This document shows positions 15,220 through 30,675 of a DNA stretch of 64,000 nt, piece by piece (within the stretch, counting starts at the first letter, position 1; every line of letters starts with the position of its first letter). The stretch is taken from assembly GCF_009914755.1 (NCBI RefSeq), contig NC_060935.1; one strand, given 5' to 3'. The notes below the pieces were generated by a model. The model saw only the letters and a list, made by a program, of their open reading frames with translations. It was not told the DNA's origin and did not search any database. This stretch comes from the human T2T-CHM13v2.0 reference genome, Homo sapiens. Both the position numbers and the translations under genes were made by a program.

Positions 15220-15510
15220 TCTGAATCGCGGCTTCGGCTACGGACCAGGTACCCTCCGTTTTGCCCCTATCGCACTGTTTCCTCTTTGGCCTCTCATCCC
15301 TCTTCACAGGCCCACACCTGGGTTGGAGAGGGCTCTGGGGGCAGCTGGTCGGTTACTACTGAGCAGAGTGTGTGAGTGAGGGAGGGGGAGGAGGAGGGGT
15401 AAATGGTCCGAAACATTTTTCTTCTAAAAAGTTGTCAGAAAGCGCAGATCCTAATCTCTTCGTTTGGGTCGTTATTCTCTATCACGACCCTGGTTTACGA
15501 TTTAGGAGTT
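15220..15510. promoter_or_regulatory. Weak CpG-enriched, G-rich promoter/enhancer-like patch
   Basis: About a dozen CpGs in 290 bp of non-repeat DNA, plus gagggagggggaggaggagggg (SP/KLF/MAZ-type tract). Confidence 0.5.
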
Positions 15511-16379
15511 TCCTCTTTTGAGGTCTTTGTCATCTATTTAAGGAGATAAACAATTCAACACTTCGTGTGGCCTTGGTAAGTCATTTTACTTCTCTTGTCT
15601 TCATCTATAGAGTAAATGAATTGAATTAGATGATCTCTGAGGACTCTTCCAACGTGAAGACCAATGCTTCCAGTACTAGGCATGTAAAGCTAATTGGGAG
15701 ATATTTTTTAAATGAGTAAGGGAAGCTCCTGACATCCTGTTTCCTGAACAGTGGAGAGTCTGCACAGGATGGCACAGCATGGAACTATTTAACCTGTGAA
15801 CTTCGTTTTAAAAGAAAGCTGATGTCATTGGAAGGGTGTGGATTTCCTAGTTTTTAGATCACCATGGATCCTTTATGGCTCTTCTTTCCTACTTATGTAT
15901 TTGCCATTTTTTTTCCTTTAAAGGATTTATTTAGAAGAGTGGTAAGGGGAGGTGGCCAACAAACTAACTTATTTATTGATTTTTCTGGAAAGTTCTTGGT
16001 GACTAAAGGAAAATATTGAGAAATGTCTTTGGATTCCAGTGGCCCATGCTGCTTTTTAGCCCCATTTTTGGAAGCAGTTCATGTTGACTCTATAAACGAT
16101 TCATGTAGGTAAGTTATCATAGGTACAATGTAGACATTTCTACACATATATTTTTGTAAGTGGACATTTGGGCATGTTGGCATGTCTTTTAGACGAGATT
16201 TGTAAGGAAGTGGCATATAGCTGAGAGTGGATGGGCATGCTTCATTCAATTCTGATACTATCAGTAAATATTTTCTACTTCATACTTTTTTATTATAGTT
16301 CCTTTATTTAAAAAGAAAAAAAACAGAGAAAAGCATAATATGGTATGTTTTGGTTATAATGTAAAGAGGAGGGGTTTTG

Positions 16380-16505
16380 AAATATAAATTTAAGGGATAC
16401 AAGTGCAGTTTTGTTGCATGGATATATCATGTAGTGGTGAAGTCTGGGCTTTTAGTGTAACCATCACCCATAATGTATGTTGTACCCACTAAGTAATTTC
16501 TCATC
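16380..16505 (-). mobile_element. L1 (L1PB/L1MA-type) 3' end fragment
   Basis: tacaagtgcagttttgttgcatggatata...tagtggtgaagtctgggcttttagtgtaaccatcacc. Confidence 0.8.
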
Positions 16506-16604
16506 TAAAAGGAGGTATCTTTATCTTTTCCCATACAGTTTCGGTTCAGTGAAAAAATGTGTGTTTCCTTAACTAGCTCAGTCACATGTAAATCAATAAA
16601 ATCA

Positions 16605-16945
<341 letters not shown>

Positions 16946-17144
16946 AACAACATAGCACACATTTTAAAGATGGCCTTGTGGATTCTGAGAGAAGGAGAAT
17001 GACTGAAGGGAGAGGTTGAGAAAGAATGTTTTTAGCTGTTCCACGTAATGGTCCCACCCTAAATGGTATGGAAGAGTAGCTATCAAGAGAGCTTCAAGTT
17101 TCAGAGATTATAAAACTCTTGGCCATCTTCCCTTGTCCACATCA

Positions 17145-17518
<374 letters not shown>

Positions 17519-18299
17519 TTAGCATTTCTTTAAAAACAGGTAATTTGCAGATGAAATTAAAGAGAAAAAATAACCTCAGATTGGTCACCTGTTTTCTCTT
17601 TTCTTTTGCTTCTTCCCTACCAAAGGATGAGGGACCTTTTACCCTAGTCTCTATGGCTGAGCATGACTTAAAATTTAAGTCAGGTAAAACTCTAGTCCTC
17701 CCACCAATGCCTCTACCTCTCACCGCTGGAAAAGTCCAAATAATCCATCTCTTCCACCCCCACAAACTGCTATAATTTCACGTTTACTGAATTAACTAAA
17801 TGATTAAAGGAAGAATGCATTTTTTTTCCTCTGAGCCTCAGTGAATTTGACTCTATAGAAAATTAACACCATTACGTATAGCATAGATTGGTTTACATAG
17901 ACCAGTACTGAACTCTTAGGCAAAACAACCCCATTTTAAACTGTGTGACTACGTTTAAGTATTGTGGTCTCCTTTTCCCACTCTCTTTGCTCCCCATGCA
18001 CACTGATTATTGAGAGAAAATATCTATTCGAAATTCCACAGGATCTTGTATCCAGTTCTCTCCAGTGTTCGATTTAAAGTAACATCCAGGAGGGTGGGAT
18101 TGAATGACATGAGGTGGTCCCACAGAAGATGGGCTTGGAGCAGTTCAGCGAGGATATTAATTCCATAACAGAATTGGTTGGAATTAGCCACTTTAAAGAG
18201 GGCTTCTATTTAAGAACGCGTGTGTACTGTCACTGATGACAGAATAAAGACTTCAGGATATTGTTAAGAAAATTAGATTCCAAGTGGAAAAAATTAGAA

Positions 18300-18580
18300 T
18301 ATGGCCTGGGTATTAGAGAATAACTGTTAGCTTTGTTGGTGTGATAATGCCTTTGTGGTTGTGTAGGAAAATGTCCTTGTGCAAGATGAAATACTTGGGA
18401 GTAAAGTGCCATGGTGTGTGCAATTTCCTTTAAAGTTATCTCAGCAAATATAAAAAAAACAGATGAAGAAAAGATGACAAAATGTTAATAACTATGAAAT
18501 AGAGATGATGTAGATACATTGATACTTGTTATATTCTTCCTACTTTTGTTTGTTTGAAAATTTCCATAGTAATAGTGAAA
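18300..18580 (+). mobile_element. Ancient L1M (L1MC/L1ME-like) 3' UTR fragment
   Basis: gtgtgataatg...gtaggaaaatgtccttgt...gtgtgcaatttccttt...aaaatgttaataa. Confidence 0.55.
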
Positions 18581-19151
18581 AAAACTTTTAGATCCAATAT
18601 TGTAATGTTAAAAAATACCACACATAAATAATAAGGTAAAATCTTATTGAGATAATATTTTTTGTGCATGCACAAGAGGGGAGCCTGGATTTACAATTTG
18701 TCCAGACTGACAGGCAAACTCAGTGTTCTTAGTGTATGGTAACACATAAACTAATAGAGAATGAAAATCCCGTGCAATAATACCACTTATTTTATTTTTT
18801 AAAATGCATTTTAAATTATAGAATTGAGTTTGTAGAAAAGCACAGGAGACATAAAAAATGAAAACAAAATAATTTTTATTTACATATTACATCTTATTAT
18901 CAGTTGTTCAGCTAAGTGCTGAAATGTTTGGGGTTCTGAACCCAGGGGTTGGAGGAGAGCACCTTGAAGATAGTTACAAACACAAAAGGGTTTGAGGACC
19001 TTGGACTCATGCATGGGAACTTGAAAGAGAAGTTAGAGTAGCCAGTATCATGGTATAAAGTAACTGAAAGTCTGAAGAGGATGAGACAAGTTTTGAAAAC
19101 ATAAACTATACCAAGATGATTTGATTTGAATGATCTTTGGAATTACCAGAT

Positions 19152-19205
19152 TAATGTGCTTCTTAAAAATGCTTCTTAAAATGTGCTTCTTAAAAATGTC
19201 TTCTG
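19152..19205. repeat. Short tandem repeat, unit of about 14 bp (aatgtgcttcttaa), 3-4 copies
   Basis: aatgtgcttcttaaaaatgcttcttaaaatgtgcttcttaaaaatgtcttct. Confidence 0.8.
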
Positions 19206-20314
19206 AATAGTTATGACTATAGTAGCTATGTTCTACCCAGGTAATGCAATGCTTTTTGGATATGTTGGGATAGCATTTGTTTATCACAAAATGTGTGTGT
19301 TTATGTATTGCCATGAGGATACAGAAAGGAAATATACCTCAAATAGGGAAGGGCTTGTTTCTATGTAGTATTCTGGGGATACAGAGCCAAGCTTCAATGG
19401 TGTTGACTTTAGGTCTTTTGATTATTTGCTGTACACAGGTACATGCCCAAATATTAAAAATATAAGTATTACCCATATAACCCTTGAAAGTCCCACTTTT
19501 GTTTAAACAGGAAAGGACAGCTTTCCCTCTGAATGCCTATTTATTTTTCAAATAATAAATTTTAAATGGGCTCATTTTAAAGTAGCAAGCCTCTAGTGAG
19601 AACTATGTTGCACCGTATTAAACTTACCATTTGACCCTGTTCTCAACATGGAGATGGTTTTAGTAGACCGGAAGCCTTTAGTAGGCTTGCTCTTCCAAAA
19701 CTGCTGCTGCTGTTGATTTACTGGTAGCAAAGCTGGGCTGTGTCCTAGGAGGAAAGGACAAGCGAATCCAGAGTTCTTGATTCCTTGGAGTTTGCCTTTT
19801 AGCAAAAGAAGAAGGAGCGTAGTTCAACAGTTAAGGTCCTGGACTAAGAAACATGAGATAGAGGATATATTAAATTCTTAAAATTTAGGCATATCTCTGG
19901 AGTTACCATTACATGAATAAATGGTCTTCTTTAAAAAAACCAAAAAACAGAAATAGGATATATTACATCTGGGTCCAGATCTATTTTTTTTTTTTGCTAG
20001 CTGACTACTGACCTCAGTGTCTGCATCTGCAAATTAAGAGACTCCGATTAAATAATAATTGCTGACATTTCTTCAGATTTTTACTGTGTCAGGAACTGTT
20101 TTGAGTGCTTTACATTAAATTTTTTTAATCTTCACAACTCTATAGATATTCTTTTTGTTTGTTTGTTTAATTTTTTCAACCTACATCATGCTTTGAAGAT
20201 ATTCGTAATATGCCTAATTCATCAATTAGGAGATAAGACATTCTGAGGTAATCAAGTGCTCGATAATCAGAGAATTTTCGAGATGGAGGGGCACATGGAA
20301 ATCACCTCATCTGG

Positions 20315-21086
<772 letters not shown>

Positions 21087-24000
21087 TAATAGGAGACTGT
21101 TCGTTCAGAAAAATGTGTGTTAATTTGTAATTCAGCAACAAGTTCATAGAAACACAGTGTCCATGAGCTAGGAAGGTGCATGTATTTTTCAGGCTGTTTT
21201 TAAAGCTATGAAATTTCAATAATGTGTAAGAGAAAAAGTGATATGTAAATACCATTGTGGATGGGGAGGGGTTATATTTAGGTGGTTAACATTAGGCAAG
21301 CCAGTGAGTAATAATTAGCAAATTATTACCATGGCCCTCTGTGCACTTGAAGGCTCTCTGGTGGAGTCAAGGGTAGATCTGCCTCTGTGGCATTTGTCAG
21401 AATGCAGATTTTCAGTGAGGGCTTTGTTAAATAAACCATCAGTGTCTGGGAGGGGGAGGGAAAGCAGACTGAGAGAGGCAGCAGTAACACATATAGAAAT
21501 GAAGTCCAAATTCGGGTGCTTATATGGCGATATTCCAGTTTCTCTGGATCATCATAGACACATATAGAATGTTCGTGCTAAATGGGACCTTGGAGATTGT
21601 CTGGTACAACCCCCTCATTTTACATTTTACTTTTCTATGAGAATAGAGTTTGGTGAAATCTGGCCAGGATTTCAGTACAGTGAAATCAGGGAAGTTTGTG
21701 GTGTGTTTAAAGAGAGATTTCATGTTAGGATGAAGGGAAAGCGGACATTCCTTCAGTTTTAGAGTGATGTCCAGGTAGGAAAGTAGAGTGGGTAAGGCAG
21801 TGAATTTTCCCAAATTAATTAAAAGAGGAAGGGAAAGAGGCAGAAAGGGCAAAGAGATAATCTAATTTTATGCTAAACAGTTTTTGAATGGATTTGTAGC
21901 TAATGTTTAAAAGTTGATGAAAAAGAAAACTCTTATTTTATTATTTCTAGGAACTTGGTTTTCTTAAACGGAAAGGGAAGTTTGGGGGAGAGCTTGGCAG
22001 CATTGATGGTTCCAGCAAAGGAAGGATCTATTTGCATCTAGTGTTGAACCTAGTAAGCAGTTTATGTTAATCCCTTACTCTTTTAAGATTAATATATCGT
22101 GGTGTTTTAAATAATTACTTATAAATAAGTTTATGCCTAATGCTTTCTTTTAAATAACAGTGTGTCTCAATAGGACTAATGAGTCAGATTAATTTGGCAT
22201 GGAGTTCTGAGCAGGGAAGGGGACTGAAGTCCTCTTTCAGAACACTAAAAATGCTTTGCTACATTCCTTGACAGTTTCCCGAGACAGGGTTGGGTTGGAG
22301 GGAGTCTTCCCGAAGATTTAAGGGCTCCCCACTGTGCTAGCTCCCCAGTTCCAATAGTGTCGGGTCTGAATAAGGACACTTGTGAAAGTCCACATCTCTA
22401 GTGTGTCTGTTTACCTGGAGAAAAATAAGCCAACAGCCCTGAGGGTGAATCAAAGATAAGATTTTTATGGCTCTGTACCCACTTGTGTTTTATTTTTTAT
22501 AAAAAGCATTATTTACCTACCACATCTTTAAGTACTTCAGAAAGAAGCTTTGAGTTTGTCATTGTTTTTAATTTAAAAAGGAAAACATTGCACTTTTTTC
22601 TCATCTGCACTTTTGTAAGGTGTGGAGATATTAGAGGCTCTCCATATTGGACGCTTCAACCTTGCCTAACAGCACAGCCCGCCCACCTTGCTGGGAGAAA
22701 GGCTTCAGGAAAACGAGTAGAGCTGAGGGCTGAATACTATCTTAGTTTAGGTCTTTCTTCTTTTTGCCTTTTGGTTCTGCTTCCCTTGGCTGCTCCCACT
22801 TCAGTATCTGCTTGTTGTGCTGGGTAATGGAATCAAGTTAGAGATGAAGAAACTGAGGCACAGCCTAGTTACAATCCCTCATTTTGACAAGGCAAAATGA
22901 GAGGGAGCACTCAAGCCTTTAGTCTGGGTGGAGACAGTAGGTCCTGTTGCTTCTGCCCTAGAAATTGCTTGGGCTTGTGAGTTGACATCTCTTCTATCCA
23001 TAGAAGGAACCTCTGCTTAGTACTTGCAAACTTGTACCACAAAAGTCACATCCTTCAGGGGAAAAAAAAGAGAAAAAGAAAAAAAAACTAGCTTAGGAAA
23101 CCAAAGGTTGCCAAGAATGGCATAAGGGAAAGCAATTTTTTAGTGTCTGTGCGTAGGAATTTTATACGTTCTATGTTGCTGTGAAGCACCAGGGTCAGTT
23201 CTGAGCAAGATACTTTTCGTGAAATGAGGGGTGGTGTCTGCGGTTGGCATTCTTTCTTGTGGTTCTCACTCAGCTGTGCTCTCCAACTTTATTCACCTGT
23301 ATGAGAACCCTAAGCGGGATGCCCTGGTGAAGAACAAGAAATTGCCAGGGTCTGGCAAATTGCAAGTCCACAAGTACCTAGTAGGGAGTGAAAATTGGTT
23401 ATGTTTGGAGTATGGAGAGATAAGCTTAACTAAACTGTGAGTAAACATGAAAACAAAAATAAAATCAGAATATGCCCGCAAATGCTGGGGAGAAGAATGT
23501 TAGGCATTTTATTGGTCTGTTAAAAAAAAAAGTGGGGAATGGTGGATTCATAGAAGAAATAATTAGAAAACTGGTGTAGGAAAAACACTGTGGGGAGGGG
23601 GGAAAGCAGCACAATTAATTCTCATTCCCCCCCTCTAAAGTTTGAAGTAGTAGATCCTTATGGGGAATGAAGGGAATATGTAAGAAATCGTAAAATTTTC
23701 TAAGCAGAAAATAATTTTTCTTTGGAGAGGAGGCATGTGAGTTCATGAATGTAAACCTGCATTAAAAAGGAGAGACAATTGTGGGCAGAAAGAGGGAGAA
23801 GGAGAAGCAGTATAATCGTTTTTAAAAATTCAGCCTAAATTGAGTATTCAGCATTTCCATCTTAGAGTATGTAGGGTTTTAAATATCTCTGTTCGAGAAA
23901 ATTGATTTGAAGATAGAAAGGCCTTTCGAAACTTAGAAATTCTAGGGTTTAGGTTTTTTTCTTTCATATGTTTATTTGAAGCTTAGACTATAGAAACTAT

Positions 24001-27000
24001 ATATAAAATAAGAATTGTTACGTATTAGGAAATTTTTAAAATAGATAAGGCTAGTTAATTATTTAAATATATTGAAAGTATTAAAACTATTGAGTCATAA
24101 ATAAGACCCCCAAAATATGTCAGTGGCAGGGTAAAATGCAGAAAAACTAAGTATATCAGAAACTACTATCTGTGATAAAATTCAAAATGGGGTTTTTAAT
24201 TGCAGCATTAATTTAATTTAATTATATTTCAGACTTGCTACATAAAATTAGGACTCAAAAATACAAATATCTATATGCCCATCGTGATTTTTTACAGAAC
24301 AGAAGTAATCATAATCATTTACTTGTTTTTTTTTTATTTCTATAGGAAAATAGCAAAAATTTCATCTCCTGAAGAAATTTGAAGATTTTTTTGGATATTC
24401 TTTTAAAGGTGAAACTTTTCTTCTTTAGGTAAGGAAACGTTTTCTATTGTTTATCCATGGGTTGAAAAGAGCATTTCAATTAGACGAAAGAAGTATCATG
24501 TACTAAAACTTTGCTTATCTTAACTGATGTAAAACATCATGAAGATGATAGAAAGCAGGATTTTTAATTTAAATAAAGCAAAAGTAGTTAGAAATTTTTC
24601 ATTTAAAAAAGATTAATTTGTTGGGGAAAAATGAGATAGACCCCTTTTTTTTTGCACTTTCTCATAGCCTGAATAAGAGGATTCCCATGATCCATCTTTT
24701 AAAAATATTTAAGACATAACCAAATTAAAATAAAAGTTATGATTCTGGCACAGAGTTTTAAAAAATATTTAGCAAAATCAAAAACAAGAGAATTTTCAGA
24801 CATCTAAAATATTCCTAAACACAGATGTAAACTAATGTGATAAACTATTTTGATAAATTTGAAAGACTGGTCATTGTTTTAAAAGCAGGCCCGTGAATTA
24901 AAGTTAATTAAGATTTGTGCAGTAACAGGCAAACTTAAACTTTGGTATTTACTCACATGCTGGGAAAATATTTTTTTGTAGGGTCAGAATGTAAATATAA
25001 ATAATTTGTTTAATCAGGCAAGAACCTGTACTTTGTGTGTGAACTCTTTTCAGTGTTTGGTAATTGTGTTACGTTGATAACATAAGAAAAGGAGACAGAC
25101 TAACTTTTTAAGCATATTAGAATATTTGCAACTCATTCTATTTTTGGCAATAATTCTATTAGTGCAGTTTACTTCCATGAACAGTATAAAATACATACAT
25201 GAAAATCAGATTTTTAAAAGCAGATTACAAGTGCAATTAAATTGTCTAAACAAACATTTTAAATGCTTTGAAGTATTTTATGAAATTAAAAGAATAAAAC
25301 AAGTAGTTTCAGAAATTATAGAATCTGTTGTAAATATGCAAATTTGCACATTCTAGCTTTGTCACCAATGCCACATTTGGGAAAAGAAATAGATTGCAAT
25401 GTTTGTCTTCTATTAACATATATATATTCTTAAAAGTATACAAAATGTTTCCTAATTTTAAACATATTAATACTGTTACGTATAAATATTTTTTAAATCT
25501 TAGTATAAAGTTTAGGGTTTTAAAAAAATATACTTTAAAAATTCATGTGGTGAAATAGAATCTAAAAACTTGAGGGAAATTACTAAATTTTTTGGTATAA
25601 ATTTGAAGAGTTCATTTCTAGAATACATTTATTTTCTTCTTATAAAGACATTTACATCAATATTAAGTATATAGATTAAGACCTACTTAAATTACTTAAT
25701 TAAAATATACTAAACTTCTAAGTTATTTTTAAAAGAATGATGTGGGTAAACTGAAAAGATCATAAAATTATTTCTAATGTAATTTTTACGTAAAGCCCTT
25801 TAATATATCAGTTTTTACCTCTTATATTTTGAACCGTTAAAAGAAAAAAAATGACTAATCTCCTAATGGAAAATATAATCTTATAGTACTGAGAAGAGAG
25901 TTGTAAGCATGTAATAAATATATGAGATCAGTTTCATTTCTGACTTGTTTTTGAGCCTTTCTTATGAATCATCATGTATTTTAACATCAAGAGAATAATA
26001 TATAAAATACGCTTTAAAATGTTACAACCTGGTAGCTATTAAAAAAGAGAGGGGAAAAAAACAGAGCTTTGCCTAGCAAAATACTAACTAAAGAGTTAGG
26101 TGAGAATTAGAAATGTTCAGATGCTAAAGTAGTATAATAAACTAAAATTCCAAATATATATGAATATATAATTTTTTATATCTTGGTATATGGCATTTGT
26201 CTTAATTGTTTAGGAAACTACATATTGTACAGGAGTGAAGAAGTAAATGATGAAGTATTTTCTCATCATAGTTTACTAGATAAAAAATGTACTAATAAGC
26301 TAAATGTAATAGTAAGGGGCACATTTAAAATATAATTTCGTAGAGTCTTACTAAATACGTATCTTTCCAACAAGGCTTTAGGTTTTTGCATGTGTATTAG
26401 GATTTCTGAGTTTTGTGATTTGAAATTCATGATACATTTTGAGTGCCCTTTCAAATGGCAAATTGTTTCTGTGGAAAAATCAGACATTATGTACATTTCA
26501 TTTTATATTTGGGTGTGAGAAAAATAGCAGATAATTTGGGAGAATTCTAGTTGTTGCCTTAGTGTATGCATCAAATACTAAACAATTATTTTATCTCTCA
26601 GTTATACGTCTGGGCATGTTACAGTTTGTACTGTATGTACAAACAGGATATTGAACTTACATTGATGATACAGTGTTCTTTAAACGTGATTGTTAATCTT
26701 TACTGAAATTATGGGCAAACTATTTCAAAGAAATGCGTTTTTAAACTCTTATTTTTAATTAAAATGAGAAAAACCTTGAAGGAGTTCATTTATGAATAAA
26801 ATATGTAATTGTGCAGTCTCCTGAAAGAATGAACTCTTAGTTTATTTTTCAAATTTTATTAAAATGTTTCTTTACTTGTTGCTTGTTGGCATTTTAAAAT
26901 TAAAAAGTAATAAAGCAGCATTATTATATTTCTGATTATCTATCAAGAGAGTGAAAGGGAAACCAAAGTATATTGACACAACCCAGGTTTTCCCCTAAAA

Positions 27001-27489
27001 AAAACTAACTTCAAATTGAAAAAATATATTGCCCATATTTAATATTTCTTATTAGGACTTACTTGGAGTCGCATAATTTTTTTGAGACAATATATTGGAG
27101 GAAATTTGTCTTATAAAATGGAGAGATGTAGAACATTGTGGGCAGTTATAGGATAGTCTTTCTCTCTTGTTGCTTCCCAGAAGTTAGAAAACAGATTTTA
27201 AATTAATAGTGTTGAGTACACGAATCTCTGGAGTATAATAACTTAGAAAAATGTTGGAAAATGATAAAGTCGAAGGGGAAGATTAATTGAAGTTAAGTGT
27301 CCCCTTTTCAAATGGGAAGCATTTGACACTATGAGGAGTGCTCTAGAGATTAACAAATGTTTCTCTGTCAAGGATAATTTTCTGAGCAGTTGAGGTTGTT
27401 TGTGTGATAAGGGAAGGCGGCTAGATAGCGTAACTATAGGTGTTTGAGAAAATTTCCGAAGTTACTTTCAGATTGAAAGGGTGAAAGTA

Positions 27490-27930
27490 GGTGCAACAAT
27501 TGGCCGTTGGGAGGGGAAAGGGTGCAGGGCTCGCCAGCCCGGCGCCACTACAGGGTTAACCGCGGCGGCGCCCGGTGCACACTGGGAGTTGTAGGCCGCG
27601 GGCATTGTGGGAGTTGTCGTAAAAGCCTGCTTTCTTGCCGTGATGGCCGCCGCCGAGGCAGGGAGTTGAGGGTTTCTGCCTTTCGGAGGGTTTGGGGGGC
27701 TGTCGGTCCCGTTAGAAGGCCACCAACAGCCCCCCAGGTTGCCAAGGGCCTGTTAGTTGTGTTCCTGGAAGGTGGGCAAGCAGCCTGATGGGTTAACATT
27801 GGGATTTGCCGTCGTTATAGCGGTCAAGGGGCCTGTAGCGGCTGCAGGGTCGGTGAGGGTTCCCAGCCGGCCGGACCTTGGTCGTCTGGCATTCTGCCTT
27901 TGAAATATCTGGGTGGCCGGCGCCTAGGCA
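27490..27930. promoter_or_regulatory. CpG-rich promoter with tandem ZNF143 (SBS)/THAP11-type motifs
   Basis: Minus strand reads CCTACAACTCCCAGTGTGCAC (27575-27595) and ACGACAACTCCCACAATGCCC (27600-27620). Extra ACTACA at 27547, ATTGG near 27499, YY1-like GATGGCCGCC near 27642, and dense CpGs. Confidence 0.85.
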
Positions 27931-29058
27931 TATGGGGTTGTGCTTTCTGTGTTGTGGTTTGTAGCTTGCATCCTCCACTGTTCTTAGCGCATTTGGCTCT
28001 GTCCATATGGCTGTTGGTACTCATGGCCCTATTTGGGGTTGGACTGGGCTCTTTTTCTTGGGTCTGGTGGGATTTAAGCAAGAACTGGAATTTTGTAAGA
28101 TGTACAGCAGTGTCCTGGGTGTTGTCTGTCTGGTGTGGGGTGTGAGCAGTTGCAGGAGTTATGAACGTGTCCATGATCGTGTGGTTGGCTTTCCCTTGCA
28201 TGTGGTGAACTTTCCCCTCGTTTGCTAATGCTGAAAGGCAGTGTCAGGCAGTTCCTACTTGTGAAATGCCTTCTTATTAACTTGGATGTGTTCCTAAATC
28301 TTGGGAGCTTTGCAATTGCTTGTAGAAAGATATGTGTGCAAAACTGAATTTAAAACGAGCACCAGGGTTGCAGGTACCTTTAGTTCTAGGGAGCCAGCTC
28401 CCCCAGGCTTCCCTGGTGCTGTGAAGTTGTTTGAGTTTATTTATGGAAATTAGGTTTGCTTTGAGCTGTGTTACCTTACTCTTGGCTCAGAGTTTCTCTG
28501 CATGTTGGGACCCTGATCTTTGATATTGGGTACTGTTTCAACACTTGAGGCTAAATGAAGCACCGTGTACTGATGTGTAATGTCGTGTATCACAATCTCA
28601 GGATAACACTAGATAGCCAAGAATGGCAGTACCTGTTTTGTCTGTCTACACGAATTGGACCTCATTGTTTCTGCCACAATGTACTGCTCCATAAATTCCG
28701 CCTTATTTCCATGGTATTGTCTGTAAGTTTTGAAATCTAACTGGTCATGAAAAGCCATTTTTCAGGCAGTATTTAAAAGCTTTTTCCCACAAGTAGAACT
28801 GGTATCTAAAACATTTTTTCATTCAAGTTTGGTAAGGTGGGAGATTTGAAATAAGGTACAACAGTGGTTTTGGAAATCAGCTATCAAGTTTTAGTTTTAG
28901 GGGCCACCACGTGACAGAAATGATTTATAGAGAGAGTAAAAATTGTATTCCATTTCTCTTGGTATTTTAGTGCATATAAAAACTAAATAAACCACTTTCA
29001 TATATCATTAAAAAGCCCTTTGTGTCTTGTGATGAATGAGGTTTTTATAACTCCCCTA

Positions 29059-29551
<493 letters not shown>

Positions 29552-30675
29552 TATATGTATAGTAATGGTAGAGAAAGCAGCAAAGCTGGCTGGGTATGTA
29601 CATGTGATTCTGTTGAAACTGATTTCAGGTATGGATTGATAGGCTAATATTGTTGGGTTGCTAGTCAGATCTCAGGAAAGTATTTCCTTCCCTCTAACCT
29701 GACCTAAGTGTGTCTTAGAATGTTAACTAACTTGACAATTGAATAAAAAAGATTGAGAAATTTATTTTTAAATGATCCATATTGTCCATATTTGTTACTG
29801 TTTGGTGATGTGGTCAAATACTATTGTTCTGGTGAATTGGTTTTGTATCTTAGGAAGACCGGATGGCTAGACTTTGTAGATGTGTAGAATCATTTAGAAT
29901 GAACCACAGCCACAGTGCCCATTTGCCTTGAAAGAAGATACATGAATTTTTAATTGACAAGTTACCTCTGGCTTGAGTTAAACAGAACAAATAGTTCATT
30001 AGAGGGTGCTTTGAATGGACTTTGAGAGTGGAAAGGTACATACTTTGTTAAGTTTAGAGGTAAACTCATCTCTGCATTTGCATAGAGCCCTTCCAGACAT
30101 TTGCCAGTAGTCACATCTCTCTACAAAGTGGTGAGGTTTTTGTGTCCAAGAATTTTGGTATTTAATCATTTATTTGGTACTCTGTTTCCCATCCTTATCA
30201 CTCCAATTCTGATGCTGGTGTGAAATGTTTTGTGTAATATACAAAGGCAACAGTAGATGTTTCAGAAAAAAATGTGATAAAATCTACTTATGTTTTCTGG
30301 AACATGATTCATAAGGTTGTGTTTACATATTGGATAGATACGTCAAAAGGTGTCTTTTTGAAACCCAGGGTTTGCACAGTTTCAACGAAACTGTTTTCAA
30401 TGAGGCATAACACCAAAGGGTAACTTTCTTGACTAAGGTGTTATAAAATGAAAGCCTTTAATTCTTGTGTTCATTCAAAAAAGAAATGGAAACTTGTTTC
30501 CAAATAATAGAATTTGGAACATGACCAAAAAAATTTTCACTTTAGACTGTAGCCAAAATTTGGAGACTCCAAGAAGGGAACAGAGTGTATCTGTTTGGGG
30601 CCTTTACTCAGGTTCTTTCTAATCTCTTGTTTTCCCGCATATAACTATTCACATTGCTGAAAGTAAGCAGTTCTT

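Noticed and set aside
19152-19205. CRISPR-like or other spaced repeat array
   Set aside because: Simple tandem slippage repeat without spacers, in a eukaryotic context
27507-28228. Overlapping ORFs across the CpG promoter
   Set aside because: Mostly non-ATG starts and no recognisable domains; expected in GC-rich DNA
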